From the human T2T-CHM13v2.0 reference genome, Homo sapiens, in NCBI RefSeq assembly GCF_009914755.1, contig NC_060928.1: 64,000 bases of DNA; one strand, written 5' to 3'. This document shows positions 1-13,765 of this stretch, in pieces. The translations under genes were made by a program, and so were the position numbers. Position 1 is the first letter of the stretch. Every line of letters starts with the position of its first letter. Below the pieces are notes generated by a model that saw only the letters and a program-made list of their open reading frames with translations, was not told where the DNA came from and searched no databases.

Positions 1-319
1 TGCCACCTCCTTAAAAAAGTCTCCTTAAAATCACAGCCTGAAAGCAGACCAGGAGTAATGCAGAAGCCAAGAGGCAGCTATGCTCAGGATCCTTCTTTCC
101 TAGGAAGTTCAAAACCATGGCTAGCATTTCTGTATCTTTGGGGAGGGAGCAAAAATTAGCTGAGAGGGGGATTCTTTGGCCTTCAGTATCCAAGAGACCA
201 AGACAAAGAGATCACACTGAGGATGTCAACATGCGTCCAGAGACCAGAAAACAGATGGGAACACAGATATTTCAGGTGATGTCAGCATGAATAGGTGAAG
301 GAGAGAGAGGACCAGACAG

Positions 320-402
320 GACTGCTCACTTCAGCAGGTGCCATCTGAAGAATGATGGTGACTGCTCACTTCAGCAGGTGCCATCTGAAGAATGATGGTG
401 AC
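320..402. repeat. Exact 40 bp tandem duplication
   Basis: ACTGCTCACTTCAGCAGGTGCCATCTGAAGAATGATGGTG at 321-360 and 361-400, identical. Confidence 0.97.
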
Positions 403-1642
403 CACTGGCCAGAAACCTGCCATACTCCATGCTATGATACTACCTAACCCTTCCCCTTCATCTACTCAGGAGTTCAGGCTAAATCCTGGTTACAACAGGA
501 AAACGAGAATACCAGGATCATGTGTTTTTTTGAAATACGTCTATGACCTACAAAAGGGAAAGAGGTGAAATTATAAAATACAAAAGTTATATAATGTAAA
601 AATACATTAACTCACACAAAATATAAGTTTCAAATAAAATGTGAAAACACACAAACTCACATAAGATGTGAGTTTGACATTCTTAGAAGTTTTTAGCTAC
701 TCATTTATTTGGGATTTAGTGATTATGAATTGTATCTGAGTCTGGAAGATCAGATCAGCTTCTACCTGTACAGTCTTATAGAAGTTAAGTCCTGCCAGAG
801 ACTTAACTTTATTTTTTTCAGGTAATAACTTAGGGAGTTTGAAATCTCAGAGAATCAAGGCAAGGCCTTTCACCTGTATGCAGCTTTATAAAGATACTTC
901 TCATCTATTTCAGTTATTTTCAGAGAGTGTTTCATTTCCTCATTCAGTGAGAATTTCTATTTTACTGTAAGAGTCAGATCATAGCTGGCATTGCCATATA
1001 AATGAATTTTTAAATAAAGACCTCCAAAAATACACCTAAAAAATGAAACTAAAAACTATGCACATACATACACACATGCACACACCTGAAATCTAAGAAT
1101 CTCAGAGCAGTACATGAACATAAAGATCAACTCCAACTTCTTCATTTTATAGAGAATGAAATCTAGATCCTCTGAGCCATTTGATTTGCTGGAGAATACC
1201 AAGCAGATCTGTCCCAGACTCCAATGCCCCGTCACTTGAACTGGAGTTCACTTTCCCCTGCAATACAAATTGGGTTCAAAGAAGGCTCTAACTTAGGATC
1301 TTGGCAAAACAGTGATTTTTCTCAGCTACAGTAAGACAGACATGTGGGAGACGGCAACTTCTTGAATATACGAGATACATTTAGGCTACATTTGCATAAT
1401 CTTCAAAATGCTGTGGGCGGTATGTGCTCCTTATAAATTATAAACACTAAATGAAGACTTTAAAAGAATGCCAATGGTTCCAAATCAGTACTCAGCCCAT
1501 CAGAATTTATGCTTCATGCCTTTTCTTTTTTAAAAAATGTAACTATAAGTATTGTAAGATCCATCTGTGGCTAACAATGGGTGCATCTATACATGTGTAA
1601 AAGTGCAAAAGGAAAGAAACCTTAATGTGTTAAGTAGCTACT

Positions 1643-1731
1643 GACATTCTCATTTTATACGTGTAGAAACTGAGGCTCAGGGGAACTGTCACAATCTAAG
1701 AAGTGACACAGCTAGACTTGAACCTAAGTCT
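1643..1731. mobile_element. MIR fragment
   Basis: MIR core-like CATTTTATA..GAAACTGAGGCTCAG..CTTGAACCTAAGTCT. Confidence 0.7.
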
Positions 1732-2377
1732 AGGGAATGTAATGGGTTTCTTGGATCTCACCCCACAATAGCCTCTTTTGCCTGACAAGTGCCATGCGGC
1801 TCTCGAGGAATTATATCAATTCCATTCGTGGGCCTGCTCTCTTATGCACAGGAACGTAGGATTTGGAGTTAAAATCTTTGTTTGACCATTTACTCTCTCT
1901 TTGTGACTGTGGCAAAATACCTAGCCTTCTAGTATTTAATTTGCTAATTAATTCATTTGACTTTTATTAGTAATATGCCTCGCTTTGTGCTAGACACAGC
2001 CAGGTGCTAAAGATATCCACACAGAGAGAAAATAACAGCATCCTCCATCTTCCTAAAGGTCCTTGCTTTCTAATGGGTAGAAATGTAATATGAGTTAATA
2101 CATTTGCCAGGATTACCTCAGAGGTCTTTTGCATGAATCAAATGAGATATTCTAAATACTTCATAAAGCATAATATGATCTATGAATCTAAAGGGGTATT
2201 ACGTGCACTTTACCTAGAACAGAGCGGAAGATCCCATATGCGTTTCTTTATTTTTTTTTTAACCCTCGTTTCTCTATATACCTATGAAGGCTTTAAGTTC
2301 TGTCAGGTACAAGTTAAGTAGGAAGTGAATTGATCCTAAGAAAATGCAAAGTAGGTCATTTCTTCTCAGTGTACTCA

Positions 2378-2632
2378 GATACCGCACGTTCTTACTTATA
2401 AGCGGGAGCTAAATGATAAGAACACATGGGCACACAGAAGGGAACAACACACACTGGGGCCTACCGGGAGGGCGAAGGGAGGGAGGAGGGAGAGGATCAG
2501 GGAAAATAACTAATGGGTACTAGGCTTAATACCTGCATAACGAAATAATCTGTAAAACAAACCCCCATGACACATGTTCACTCATATGACAAACCTGCAC
2601 ATCCTGCACCTGTACCCTTGAACTTAAAAAAA
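2378..2632 (+). mobile_element. L1 3' end fragment (older L1PA, about L1PA13-16)
   Basis: L1 3'UTR with G-rich tract, TAATGGGTACTAGGCTTAATACCTG, AAACCTGCACATCCTGCAC..GAACTTAAAA tail. Confidence 0.88.
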
Positions 2633-3639
2633 TAGATGCAGCTTTCTTTCTTTCTTGAAGATTGGAAAAAGGCTCTAAGATCAAAATCTACCTGAGGAAG
2701 ACTGGTGGAGTGAATGGGGAATTTCACATTAGTGAAAAAGGAAATTTTCTTCAGTTCATTAAGGAAGACTGCCTGCTTAGTGTTGCTAGATTCTAGTAAA
2801 CAAAGACAATTATAGAGGCATTTTTGTATGTTGGCTACTATTCAGAATTGGAGTGGGAACTCAATATCCTGTCTCCTTAGTGGTTGGTTATGTAAGTACA
2901 TTATGTTGTAAGCATCTGATTTCTTATTTACACATGGGGTAGCAATAATTTCCTTCCTCAGATTTTTTGAGGCTGAAATAAGATATCATCATAAAAGAGA
3001 TTTTTAAATTCAATCTTAATCACATGCAAGGAAATAACTACTATTTGCTGAAAACATTTGGCATGAGAACACTGGATTGCTTGTGAGAAAAAAAGGAAGT
3101 TGCTCAAAAGAGAAGGGAAGGTTTGCTGCGGTCAGATTGCTCTTCTTTGTTTGTTTGTTTGTTTTTTTTTTGGTTGTTGTTTTTGTTTTTCCCTCAAGTG
3201 CATCCTAGAATTACAGTTACTGGCTTTTAGGGATTCATTTGAGATTCCTTAGATAATAGTAAGAGAAGATGTAGCAAAAAGAAAAAAGCACTTATCAGAC
3301 CTTTTAAGTACCTGGGACTGTGATTTTGTAACTAATCTTTTCTTCTAAAATTAGATAAGGTAGGTATAATTTTCTTCAACTTTTGTTTGTGGACATTGAA
3401 GCTTTGAAATGCTAAGTGCCACAAGGTCACATGGTCAGTGAGTGGTGGAGTCAAATTCAATCAAGATTTATCTAACCTTGAAGCCTGGGTAATGTACGTA
3501 TACAACACTGCCTCCAAGTTATAAAATAATCTCATTTGGAAGAGCCAAGGTATCATAGAAAATGCTCAATAAGGATTCTCTGAAGGAAGTCACTAAATTA
3601 TTCTCCAAAGTAGAGAAAGAGTAGGGGGTGGTTGGTACA

Positions 3640-3868
3640 GCCAGCTTTGAGGCAAAACACCTGGTTCAGAATCCTGGATATTCTGCTTATCTGCGGTGTG
3701 GGCTTGGACACCTCATTAGTCCTCCATGCCTCAATTTCTTTAAAAGGGGGTTCAAGATTAGTAACTACCCCATAGGATTATTTTGATAATTAAATGAGTT
3801 AATACATAGAAAAATCTGAAAATAGGGCTTGCCATGTTTTGAACTCTCTATAAACGCTTAATACTATT
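3640..3868 (+). mobile_element. MIR
   Basis: CCTGGTTCAGAATCCTGG..GCCTCAATTTCTT..ATTAAATGAGTTAATACAT, MIR-like along its length. Confidence 0.75.
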
Positions 3869-4552
3869 CGAAAAATAATAATGAGAAAAGTTAGTGACAT
3901 GACAAGCCCTGATTTCAACTTCCAGCATGTTTTCATCAACTTTCAACAAGAAAATTACTTTAAAGAGAACCTCTGAGCTTTAAAATCAGCCAAATTGCTT
4001 AAACAGAAGTCCAGCCACACTGTAAAATACCAAGTGACCCATGACTGGAGACCCAAGAATGGATTGGCTCACTGCACATTTAGAGAGTACACATTAAGAG
4101 ACTGCATATTCACTTCTTGGGCACTATAGAAAAAGAGAAGTAGCCACAAAGGTAAAATGCACTGAATTCAATAACAATAGTATTTGAAGAAATACTGTTT
4201 GAAGGGGATTCGTGTTTATTGACAGCAAGCATGTGCCACCAACATTAACCCTCAGACCAGCTATATAAAGCACGAATTGTTATTCCTACCTCAAAAAGCT
4301 TTCACTGTGGCTGTAAGAATTAGGTGATTAGTCAAAGGTCATAAGGTTATCAAGTGGAAGCACTAGACTATAGCATTTCTCACTTTGATCCTACGCTCAC
4401 TCTTCCATTTTACTACCTTATCCCAATGGATATTCTTAAACACAATAGCTTTGCAAGATGATTCTCAAACTAAACAAACAGAAGGGTTCATGGTAAAATA
4501 AGTGGTTAAATCTAAATAGTTTCCCCCTGTTAGAGATTCATTCTCCCTAGCC

Positions 4553-4752
4553 TAGAGGTTGGGAAATCGGCATTTGCTTTTATAAATACATTTTGTTGGA
4601 ATACAACTATGCCCTTTCCTTTCCATATCATCTACAACTGCTTTGGTACTTCAATACTAGAGTTGAGTAGCTGCAACAGAGACCATCTGGCCTGAAAAGC
4701 TTAAAGCATTTTCTATCTGGCCCTTTACTATAAAATTGTGTTAATCTCTGCT
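4553..4752 (-). mobile_element. MER58A-like hAT-Charlie DNA transposon
   Basis: AGAGTTGAGTAGCTGCAACAGAGACCATCTGGCCTGAAAAGCTTAAAGCATTTTCTATCTGGCCCTTTAC matches recalled MER58A. Confidence 0.82.
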
Positions 4753-5900
4753 GTAGGCTCTTCCAGGATCTGACATGGCCAAAGTATTTTTGGAAAAAAC
4801 AAGTTTAACTTTGTTTAACACATCATTTCTACTGTCTATATAGTACTTCTCCTTTACTTCTGTAACACCTACTGGGGTCCCAAATACCACACCTTGGGGA
4901 ATGCCACTCTGAACGACAGTGCTTATATTACAAAAATAGCCTACTTCCCCAGCATGGAGATACAAGTCAAAGCTAGGTTGCCATTCAAATTCCAGAATAA
5001 AAATTTTAAATTCAGCGCAAAAATTCACCTTTTCCTTAAAAATGCTATACATATGTTTGAAAAACAGGATAATTCTGTTAAGAATCAAACTCTCCAGTAT
5101 GGTTGACAGCATCTTTAGACATTCAGGAAATTCTGGTATATCTATAGTTTATTTTTAAATTCAGGATATCCTCGAAATTGAAGTACTCTAGCAAGGCCTT
5201 AGCAACTGGAAAGCTCCCCAAAGCAATTGGAAAACTTCTTAAAAGACAAAATTTTAGATGTTCAAAAGGTCATTGGTCACTCCAACCTGTGGCAAAAATT
5301 TTCCCTAGGATTCAAATTAGAAATAAGTCAATGAGTTAACTAAAGTGAGACTGAACCAATACATGTGCAAGAAGTAGCTCTGAAATTAACAATATAGAAC
5401 ATATATTAAAGTCCTGATTTATCACAATTAGTAAGGGATGATAGCAACTGGGATCCAACCACTTTATCAAACCTATATTGATATCCCTGAAAATAGAGGC
5501 AACTATTCAAAAGAAGTAAATTGTAGCTCAGTCCAACATTTTTATTTACCTCACTTTCATTTGCCAATTTAGTAACTGGAGATAAACCAAATTGATGGGT
5601 TAAGATGACTTTGTTCTGATTAATTTTATGGTAATTCTGAGGGCTTCCATTTTAAATTAATTGTTTGAATACTAAATTATGCAGCTTTATGATCCAGGAG
5701 ATAAGCAGCAGCTCTAAAGATGCCTCTGAGACTTAAAAGAGACAGCATTAGAAGCTCATTATTGCCGGCACATTTAACATGGTTAAAGCAGGGGAAAATA
5801 GTCATTAAGTTAATGTAATAGTTAAACTGCATTAATTTGAAAAACTGCCCTGTGAAGCACTTACAGCAGAGGATGCAATTTCCCCCTCACGTGGAGACGT

Positions 5901-5904
<4 letters not shown>

Positions 5905-5944
<40 letters not shown>
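5905..5944 (+). repeat. Pure poly(A) tract, 40 nt
   Basis: Direct count; no Alu/L1 body upstream. Confidence 0.95.
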
Positions 5945-5946
<2 letters not shown>

Positions 5947-7960
5947 AACCACGTCAAGATAATTTTCTGTCTTCAATTCACTCTGTAGTTTGGAAACCTA
6001 GGCTTTTTCCAATGTGGATATGCTAAAGAATGCTGTCAATCTAGACGTGCAACAGTGAACAAAGGAGGATCTGGTCCCATTGTGACTGATGATCTTGAAG
6101 ATTCATGTGGTGCTGGGTGGTCCGTTCAAAGAAGGGAAAAGCATCATGAGTATACTAATGAGAAAATCACAGGGAACATTCAGGGCTTGGCTTGGGGATT
6201 TTTATCCTGGAGAACAGCAAAGGCTTTCTAATTTTTCTGCAATCTGGCTAGTTTTCTGAAAAGACAATAGAAGTTGGGTTAAAAAAAACACTCATTGACG
6301 ATTCCCAAATGTCCCCATATAATAACATTTTCTCAGTTCATTTTTCTGCCTCAGCCTTCTTTCTGACTGTTCCTACTTTTTATTATTCCATTTGTTTTTG
6401 TTTCCTGAGAGTTCACTGTTTATCAGTAGTTCTGTGAGATATGAAAGATTTGTGAAAATAGCAAATGATGAAAGGATGCATCGTGCTTATCACTGTTATA
6501 TTTTATAATTATGATAAAGAATGTGTTACATCCCATGACTTCAACTATGTCCTCAAAGAAGAAGATTCTCCTCTAACTATGGGTTGCTTAAAGTGAGGAC
6601 ACTGCTCCACTATTTCATGAAAATATCAACCTGAATACATTACCAGAAATCTAATGATCTAAAAGCTAAATGAATAACAAAATGAAAACTCATGTAGATA
6701 CCCCAAGTTTATGCCTTTGGAATTCTCCCTTTTAGGAAAGAGTACTATTTTTTCATATGTGTTTATACATGCAGGCATACTAATGGGATTGTCTTTGGCT
6801 CTTTTCTACCTCTTTCTTTTTGTGTGCTCCCAATAACAGAGACCTGGTGGAAGAATACTATTTAAGGGGGAAGCGTGGTAGCATCACTTGAAACTCTTTC
6901 AACTAAAAAACATCTAACTTGAAAACCCAGCACAAAGTGTAAACTACAAATATTCCTATATAGAACTTTATAACTGGTAACCAAAGACCACAAACCAATA
7001 CCCAGAAGGTTTCTGCTAAATTCAAGTAGAATGGGATTGGTTGGTGAAATATAACTCTGAACAACGTCTACATTTCACTCTGACTGAAAACAACATGACT
7101 TCTCAGGATCAACGCAGCAAGGGCTGTAGCTCAATTTCCCTCCCTGCCCCTAGTTTAGAGTTGTAGGATCTGTGTTAACTAGATAATGGGTAGCATCCTC
7201 ATCAGTGTCAAGAAATGATTTCCTAACAAAATAAATAATAGATGTGTTTTCCCCCTCTGCACTTTTCTCCCTTCATTGTTTGCTATGCTTTGACATCCAA
7301 TTATAAATTCCATTCTTATCAGATAAAGTATGTGGGCTACAAGGATAAATTCTATGTCCTGGAAGAAATGAGTTTTGTTGACATAGAGAGGAAAAGTCCT
7401 AAGGCTGTACATACAGTCATGTAGTGTATTAAATATGCCACAGCTGGACAGTGGACAAGAATTACAGATTGCTTCAAATTCTTTGCAGGTCAAATTTTAG
7501 ATGGCCCTCAAGAATCTGCGATAATTACAAATTCTCTGTCCTTTCATCCCCACCCCATCCCTGTGATTTTGTAAATCTGGAGTGGTGCTTCCTCTGAACC
7601 TAGGGTTGTAATGAATTCTCACATAATTCAGATGACGGTGGACAGCAGATGTTTTCTTGAGAGATGGCTTAAGAAACATTAATTTAGAAGAAGATAAAGC
7701 TAACTTTAAAACAGATTAGTGTATGATAGGCAAAAGGAATTCTATCCTACTCTCCAATTTGTCATCAGTATAAGACGTTTTGCCTTTGCCTAAGTTGACA
7801 GTGAAGGAGTTGAGTGGACGGTGACTGACCACGTGACTTATTCAAAATGGGTTACTTTTCAGATTGAAGATGAGTACAAATATATTTTCATTTATGTATT
7901 TATTAATTGACCAATAGGTTTTATTATATTGGTAGACTTATAAAACAGTTAGTTAATATC

Positions 7961-8246
<286 letters not shown>

Positions 8247-10621
8247 AAAACAGAAACTTTCAAAAATTGTTTTCAAATATAAAATTATTTCTAAAAATAA
8301 AATAACATATATAATAACCATGTACACAAAACCCCAGCAAAGTCAATTCTTTATATTTACTATCTCGTTAAAAGTAACAAAGTGGTTGTTTTGGTACATA
8401 TCCATTACTTCAATCATTTTCTTCAGCCATGTCTGTCTTTAACACCATCTCACTGGTATTTTTCTGACAAAAGTGTTTTGTTTTTTCCAATGTGGCCTTA
8501 TTATTTTTTCACATATTTTATAAAATTATGCCATTATCTTCGTTTGTATTTTATGGTTAATATAAAATTGTTCACACTTCCATTTGATTCTTCTCTGGAG
8601 GTCAGACTAACTTTATTTAAGTAAAATGCTAAGATACCTAGTAAACAGAGAGCACGTTTATTAAATTGAATAAATTCTCAGTTCTAAATTTTATGTTGAA
8701 ACATTTTAATATTTAATTCAAATAAGCTCAAAAGTTTTCTTTTTACCCTCAATGAAAGTTCATTTATCTGACAGATATTTTTATAGAAAAACGTAGTCAA
8801 CTAAATTATCCCTATTTTCTTTTGTTTCATCATGTTTAGCTGTAGCAAAATCATAGGCCTTCTCAATTTTATTCTACTTCGTAGAGAATATAAATTCATT
8901 CAAATAAATATAGGACTTCCATCAAAACACTCTTCCCTTGAGTTGAAATATCCAGGGGGCGATTGTTTAATATCAAAGTTAAATATTAAGCTCATTTGTT
9001 TTGTTCAGTCCCTCCCTTGCTGTTGTAAAAATAAATTCAAGGTTTTCTTGTTTGCAAAAATAACAACTGGCAAAAAGCGTCAAAAGTCAAAGTTTTTAAT
9101 AATGTTTCATTTATTAATACTGTGATAACAATTTCTAATTGATTTTGGAAAACATGCAAACAAACTTTAAAGAATTTATTTTAAACATTTTCATGTTAAC
9201 CTTTGGATACTTACACCAATTTTAAAAGTGAATCTTCAAGGATTCAAATATTTCTAGAATCATGTTGATGACGCACAGACCCAAAGAAACCACATACCAC
9301 TGTGCTTAAGTATATTTTTTTATTCCTCACTAGCTTTATAACAAAAAATTTTAATACGATTACTGTGCGTATATATAAAACTATTTGTACTTTTGACAAG
9401 TACAGCTTCAATTTCAATTGGTAGAATGATGCTTGATTTTGGATACAATTATAATAGATAGGTATGCCACAAAAATGCCACTTATATTTCTGTTTTATAA
9501 ATGTCCAAATTCAGTAACAACATCATTCTACTATAATGCATTTTCCTACCAAAATTTATATTAACATTATTACCATGGAAACAAATAGTGATATTCAATG
9601 CTGAATTTTTAACTGAATTTACAATAGCATTCACAAAAAATATCAAATGATTGATCTTTGATGAAGAACAATTTCAAAAGCTTTACTTGGTTTTGCGATA
9701 TGGATGAAATTCATTGAATTGGAGTCAGCTGAGTTTCTATTTCAAGTCTTTAGATGCAGTTTTCTTAAAGCAAAGCAAAACTAAAAAACTATTCTAAAAC
9801 TATCCTTGTTTTTTAAAAATCTCACTTAATATTTATTATAACCTTTCTAAGCAGAATGTGACTCAGGCACTATATTTGCATTTGAAGCAGTTGCCGACCC
9901 ATTTTCTAGTCTTCAATATGAGCAGAGATAGCACTATGGCCCCGTGGTGAATAGTAATTGTCCATAAGCATTTTACGCAAATTGTTGATTCATTGTCAAC
10001 TTTTTTGAGAAACAGAGGTTTACAGCTTAATTTTTTACTAAAATGAACTTTTATGTTTTCATTCAGTTCTAACAAAACAACTTATTAAATATAAAAGTGC
10101 TACCAATTAATCGATTAATAGTTTTACATTTATATCATGAGAAAAACTGTAGAAAGAACATTCAGAACATACTCTGTATACTCTATGGCAGGAATTGTCA
10201 GCCTTTATTTTTCACATATGTGAAAATACTCATACAGAGGTAGAGAGTAATTTCACCCATTTCCTATACGATTCATGGAATTGTGGCCTGGAGACTTTAT
10301 GCTTGTCACCAGCCAGAGTAAGGGTTAAGAGTCAATACTCCCTGCTGCACCAACTGGCTGCAGAAGCACAGCCTTGAATACTTCTCCTATCACCTTAAAC
10401 AAGAAGTGAGAACTGTCCCTAGCCATGTATCAAGTGCCTATACTGACCTTGAAAGGGAAGTGTTAGTTTTGCTACATCTGGAAAGGCTGAGAAAAGGGGG
10501 CTGAGTTATCACTAGTTAAACTGAGTGATACCTGTCTTCATTCCACATACATCTCTTATACATCTGAAGGAGACCACAAGCTAACAATACAAAGTGGATG
10601 TCTAGAAAACCCATCCAGGTT

Positions 10622-11160
10622 TATTTCATTTTATTTTAATTTTAAAATATTTTATTTTTTAGAACAGTTTTAGGTTCACAGTAAAATTGAAAGGAAGGCA
10701 CAGAGATGTCCCATATGTCTCTTGTCCCCAACACAGCCATAGCTTCCCCCATTGTTAACATCCCCTACCAGAGTGGTGCAGTTGTTACAAGTAATGAGCC
10801 TACACTAATCTATCACTGTCATACAGAGCCCATAGTTTATATTAGGGTTCACTCTTGAAGTTGTACATTCTATGGGTTTAGGCACATGCATAATGATATG
10901 TAAGTACAATGATAATATCAGACAGTATTTTCACTGTCTTAAAGCAACTCTGCCTTCTGCCTATTCTTCTCTCCTCTCCCACGGTACCTCTGACAACCAC
11001 TAATCTTTTTACTGTCTCCACAGTTTTTCTGTTCCAGAACGTCATATAGTTGTAATTATAAACTATATAGCCTTTTCATGTTGCTTTATTTTACATAATA
11101 ATGTGCATTTACATTTTCTTCATGTCTTTTCATGGCTTGATAGCTTACTTTTTCAAGCAC
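10622..11160 (-). mobile_element. L1MC1-like 3' end (first piece; continues at 14419)
   Basis: GAACAGTTTTAGGTTCACAG..CCATAGTTTATATTAGGGTTCACTCTTG..GTACATTCTATGGGTTT matches recalled antisense L1MC1 3' end. Confidence 0.8.
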
Positions 11161-11234
11161 AGTTATATATATATATGTATATATATGTATATGTTAAAAT
11201 TTTTCATTTTATTTTAGTTATTCTTTTTATAATT

Positions 11235-11375
11235 TAAATATTTATTTTAGATTCAGGGGTATCTGTGCAATATTGTTACATGGGTATATTGTGTAATTCT
11301 GAGGTTTTGGGTATGATTGATCTTGTCACCCAGGTACTGAGCATAGTACCAAACAGATTTTCAACCCTTACTGTC
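11235..11375 (-). mobile_element. L1PB-like 3' terminus (first piece, interrupted by MaLR)
   Basis: TTTTAGATTCAGGGG..GTTACATGGGTATATTG..CACCCAGGTACTGAGCATAGTACC. Confidence 0.8.
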
Positions 11376-13765
11376 TGTATTGGTCTATTTACATACTGAT
11401 ATAGAGATACTACCTGAGACTGGGTAATTTATAAACTGATATAGAGATACTACCTGAGACTGGGTAATTTATAAACAGAAGAGGTTTAATTGACTCACAG
11501 TTCCACAAGGCTGGGAGACCTCAGAAAACTTATAATAAGGGCAGAAGGTGAAGGACAAGCAAGCACCTTCTTCAGAAGACAGCAGGAGAGAGAGCTCAGG
11601 GGAAACTGCAACTTTTAAACCATTAGATATTACGAGAACTCCCTCACTATCATGAGAACAGCATGGGGAAAACTGCCCCTGTGATCCAATCACCTCCCAC
11701 CAGGTCCTTCCCTCAAAACATGGGGATTACAATTCGAGATGAGATTTGGATGGAGCACAGAGCCGAACCATATCATTCCACCACAACCACTCCCAAATTT
11801 CATGCATTCTTCACATTTCAAAACCAATCATGCCTTAACAGTCCCCTAAAGTCTTAACTCATTCCAGCATTAACCCAAAAGTCCAACTCCAAAGTCTCAT
11901 CTGAGACAAGGCAATCCCTTCCACCTAGGAGCCTGTTAAATCAAAAGCAAGTTAGTTACTTCCAAGACACAATGGGATTACAGGCATTGAGTAAATGTTT
12001 CCATTTCAAATGGGAGAAATTGGCAAAAGCAAAGTGGCTACAGGCCCCATGGAAGTCTGAAACCCATCTGGGAAGTCACTGAATCTTAATGCTCCAAAAT
12101 CTCATTTGACAACATGTCTCACATGCAGGGCATGCTGATGCAAGGGGTGGGCTCCCATGATCTTAGGCACCTCTTCCCTGTAGCTCTGCAGGGTACAGCT
12201 CCTGTGGCTGATTTCATGAGCTGGCCTTGAGTGTCTGCAACTTTTCCAGGTGCACAGTGCAAGCTGTCAGTGGATCTACAATCCTGGGATCAGGAGGATG
12301 GTGGCCCTCTTCTCACAGCTCCATTAGGCAGTGCCCCAGTGGGGACTCTGTGTGAGGGTTCCAACCCCACATTTCCCCTCTGTACTGCCCTAGTAGAAGT
12401 TCTCCAGGAGGGCTCTGCCCCTCAGCAGACTTCCGCCTTGACATCCAGGCATTTCCATAAATCCTCTGAAATCTAGGCAGAGGTTCCCAAAGGTCAACTC
12501 TTGTCTTCTGTGCACCCACAGACCCAACACATGTGGAAGCCACCAAGGCTTGCACCTTGCACATTCTGAAGCCACTGCCTGAGCTGCACTTTGGCCCCTT
12601 TTAGGCACAGCTGGAGCTGGAGCAGCTGGGACACAGGGTGTCATGTCCCAAAGCTGCACAGAGAAACTGAGAAGCTGGGCCATGGGCCCAGCTCATTAGA
12701 CCATTTTTTTCTCCTAAGCCTCCAGGCCTGTGATGGGAGGGGCTGCAAAGATCTCTGACATTGCCTAGAAACATTTTCCCCATTGTCTTGGCTATTAGTA
12801 TTTGGTTCCTCATTACTTATGCAAATTTCTGCATCAGGCTTAAATTTCTCCTCAGAAAATGGGTTTTCTTTCCTACCATATGGCCAGGCTGCAATTTTTT
12901 TGAACTTTTATGCTCTGCTTCCCTTTTAAGCATAAGTTCCAATTTCAAAGCATCTCTTTGTGAATGCTTATAACTGTATCCTTTCAGGAAAAGCCAGGTA
13001 AGTCACATGTTGAATGCTTTGCTGCTTAGAAATTTTTTCTGTCAGATACCCTAAATCATCTCTTTCAACTTCAAAGTTCCACAAATCTCTAGGACAGGGG
13101 CAAAATCCCACCAGTCTTTCTGCTAAAGAGTGACCCTTGCTCCAGTTCTCTATAAGTTCCTCATCTTCATCTGTGACCACCTCAGCCAGGACTTCATTGT
13201 CAGTATCAATATCAGTGTTTTGGTCAAAACCATTCAATAAGACTCTAGGAAGTTCCAAACATTTCCTTATCTTCCTATCTTCCTCTGAGCGCTCCAAACT
13301 GTTCCCACCTCTGCCAGTTACCCAGTTCCCAAGTCACTGCCACATTTTCAAGTTATCTTTATAGCAGTACCCCACTCTCGGCATCAATTTTCTCTGTTAG
13401 TCCATTTTTGTACTGCTGTAAGGATACTATCTGAGACTGGGTAATTTATAAATAAAAAAGACTTAATTGACTCACTGTTCTGCATGGCTGGGGAGGCCTC
13501 AGGAAACTTACAATTATGTCAGAAGTTGAAGGAGAAGCAAGCACCTTTGTCACGAGGAGGCAGGGGAGAGAGAGAGCTCAGGGGAAACTGCAACTTTTAA
13601 ACCATCAAACCATTGTATATCATGTGAACTCACTCACTATCATGAGAACAGCATACGGAAAACCACCCTCATGATCCAATCACCTCCCAGCAGGTCCCTC
13701 CCTGGACATATGGGAATTACAATTTCAGATGAGATTTGGGAGGGAAACAGAGCCAAACCATATCA
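11376..13765 (-). mobile_element. Full-length MaLR (MSTA/THE1-type): LTR 11376-~11775, internal, LTR ~13394-13765
   Basis: Two antisense LTRs ending in ACCATATCA; internal MaLR ORF remnants (12968..13297 resembles 33483..33710); degenerate 5 bp TSD CTGTC/CCCTC. Confidence 0.93.

Noticed and set aside
330-350. CTCF-like CAGATGGCAC on the minus strand of the 40-mer
   Set aside because: Lacks the upstream CC(A/G)(C/G) part of the core motif.
2466-2503. G-quadruplex-like G runs
   Set aside because: Standard L1 3'UTR polypurine tract.
4741-5112. 123 aa ORF
   Set aside because: Non-ATG start, composition typical of AT-rich non-coding DNA, no recognisable homology.
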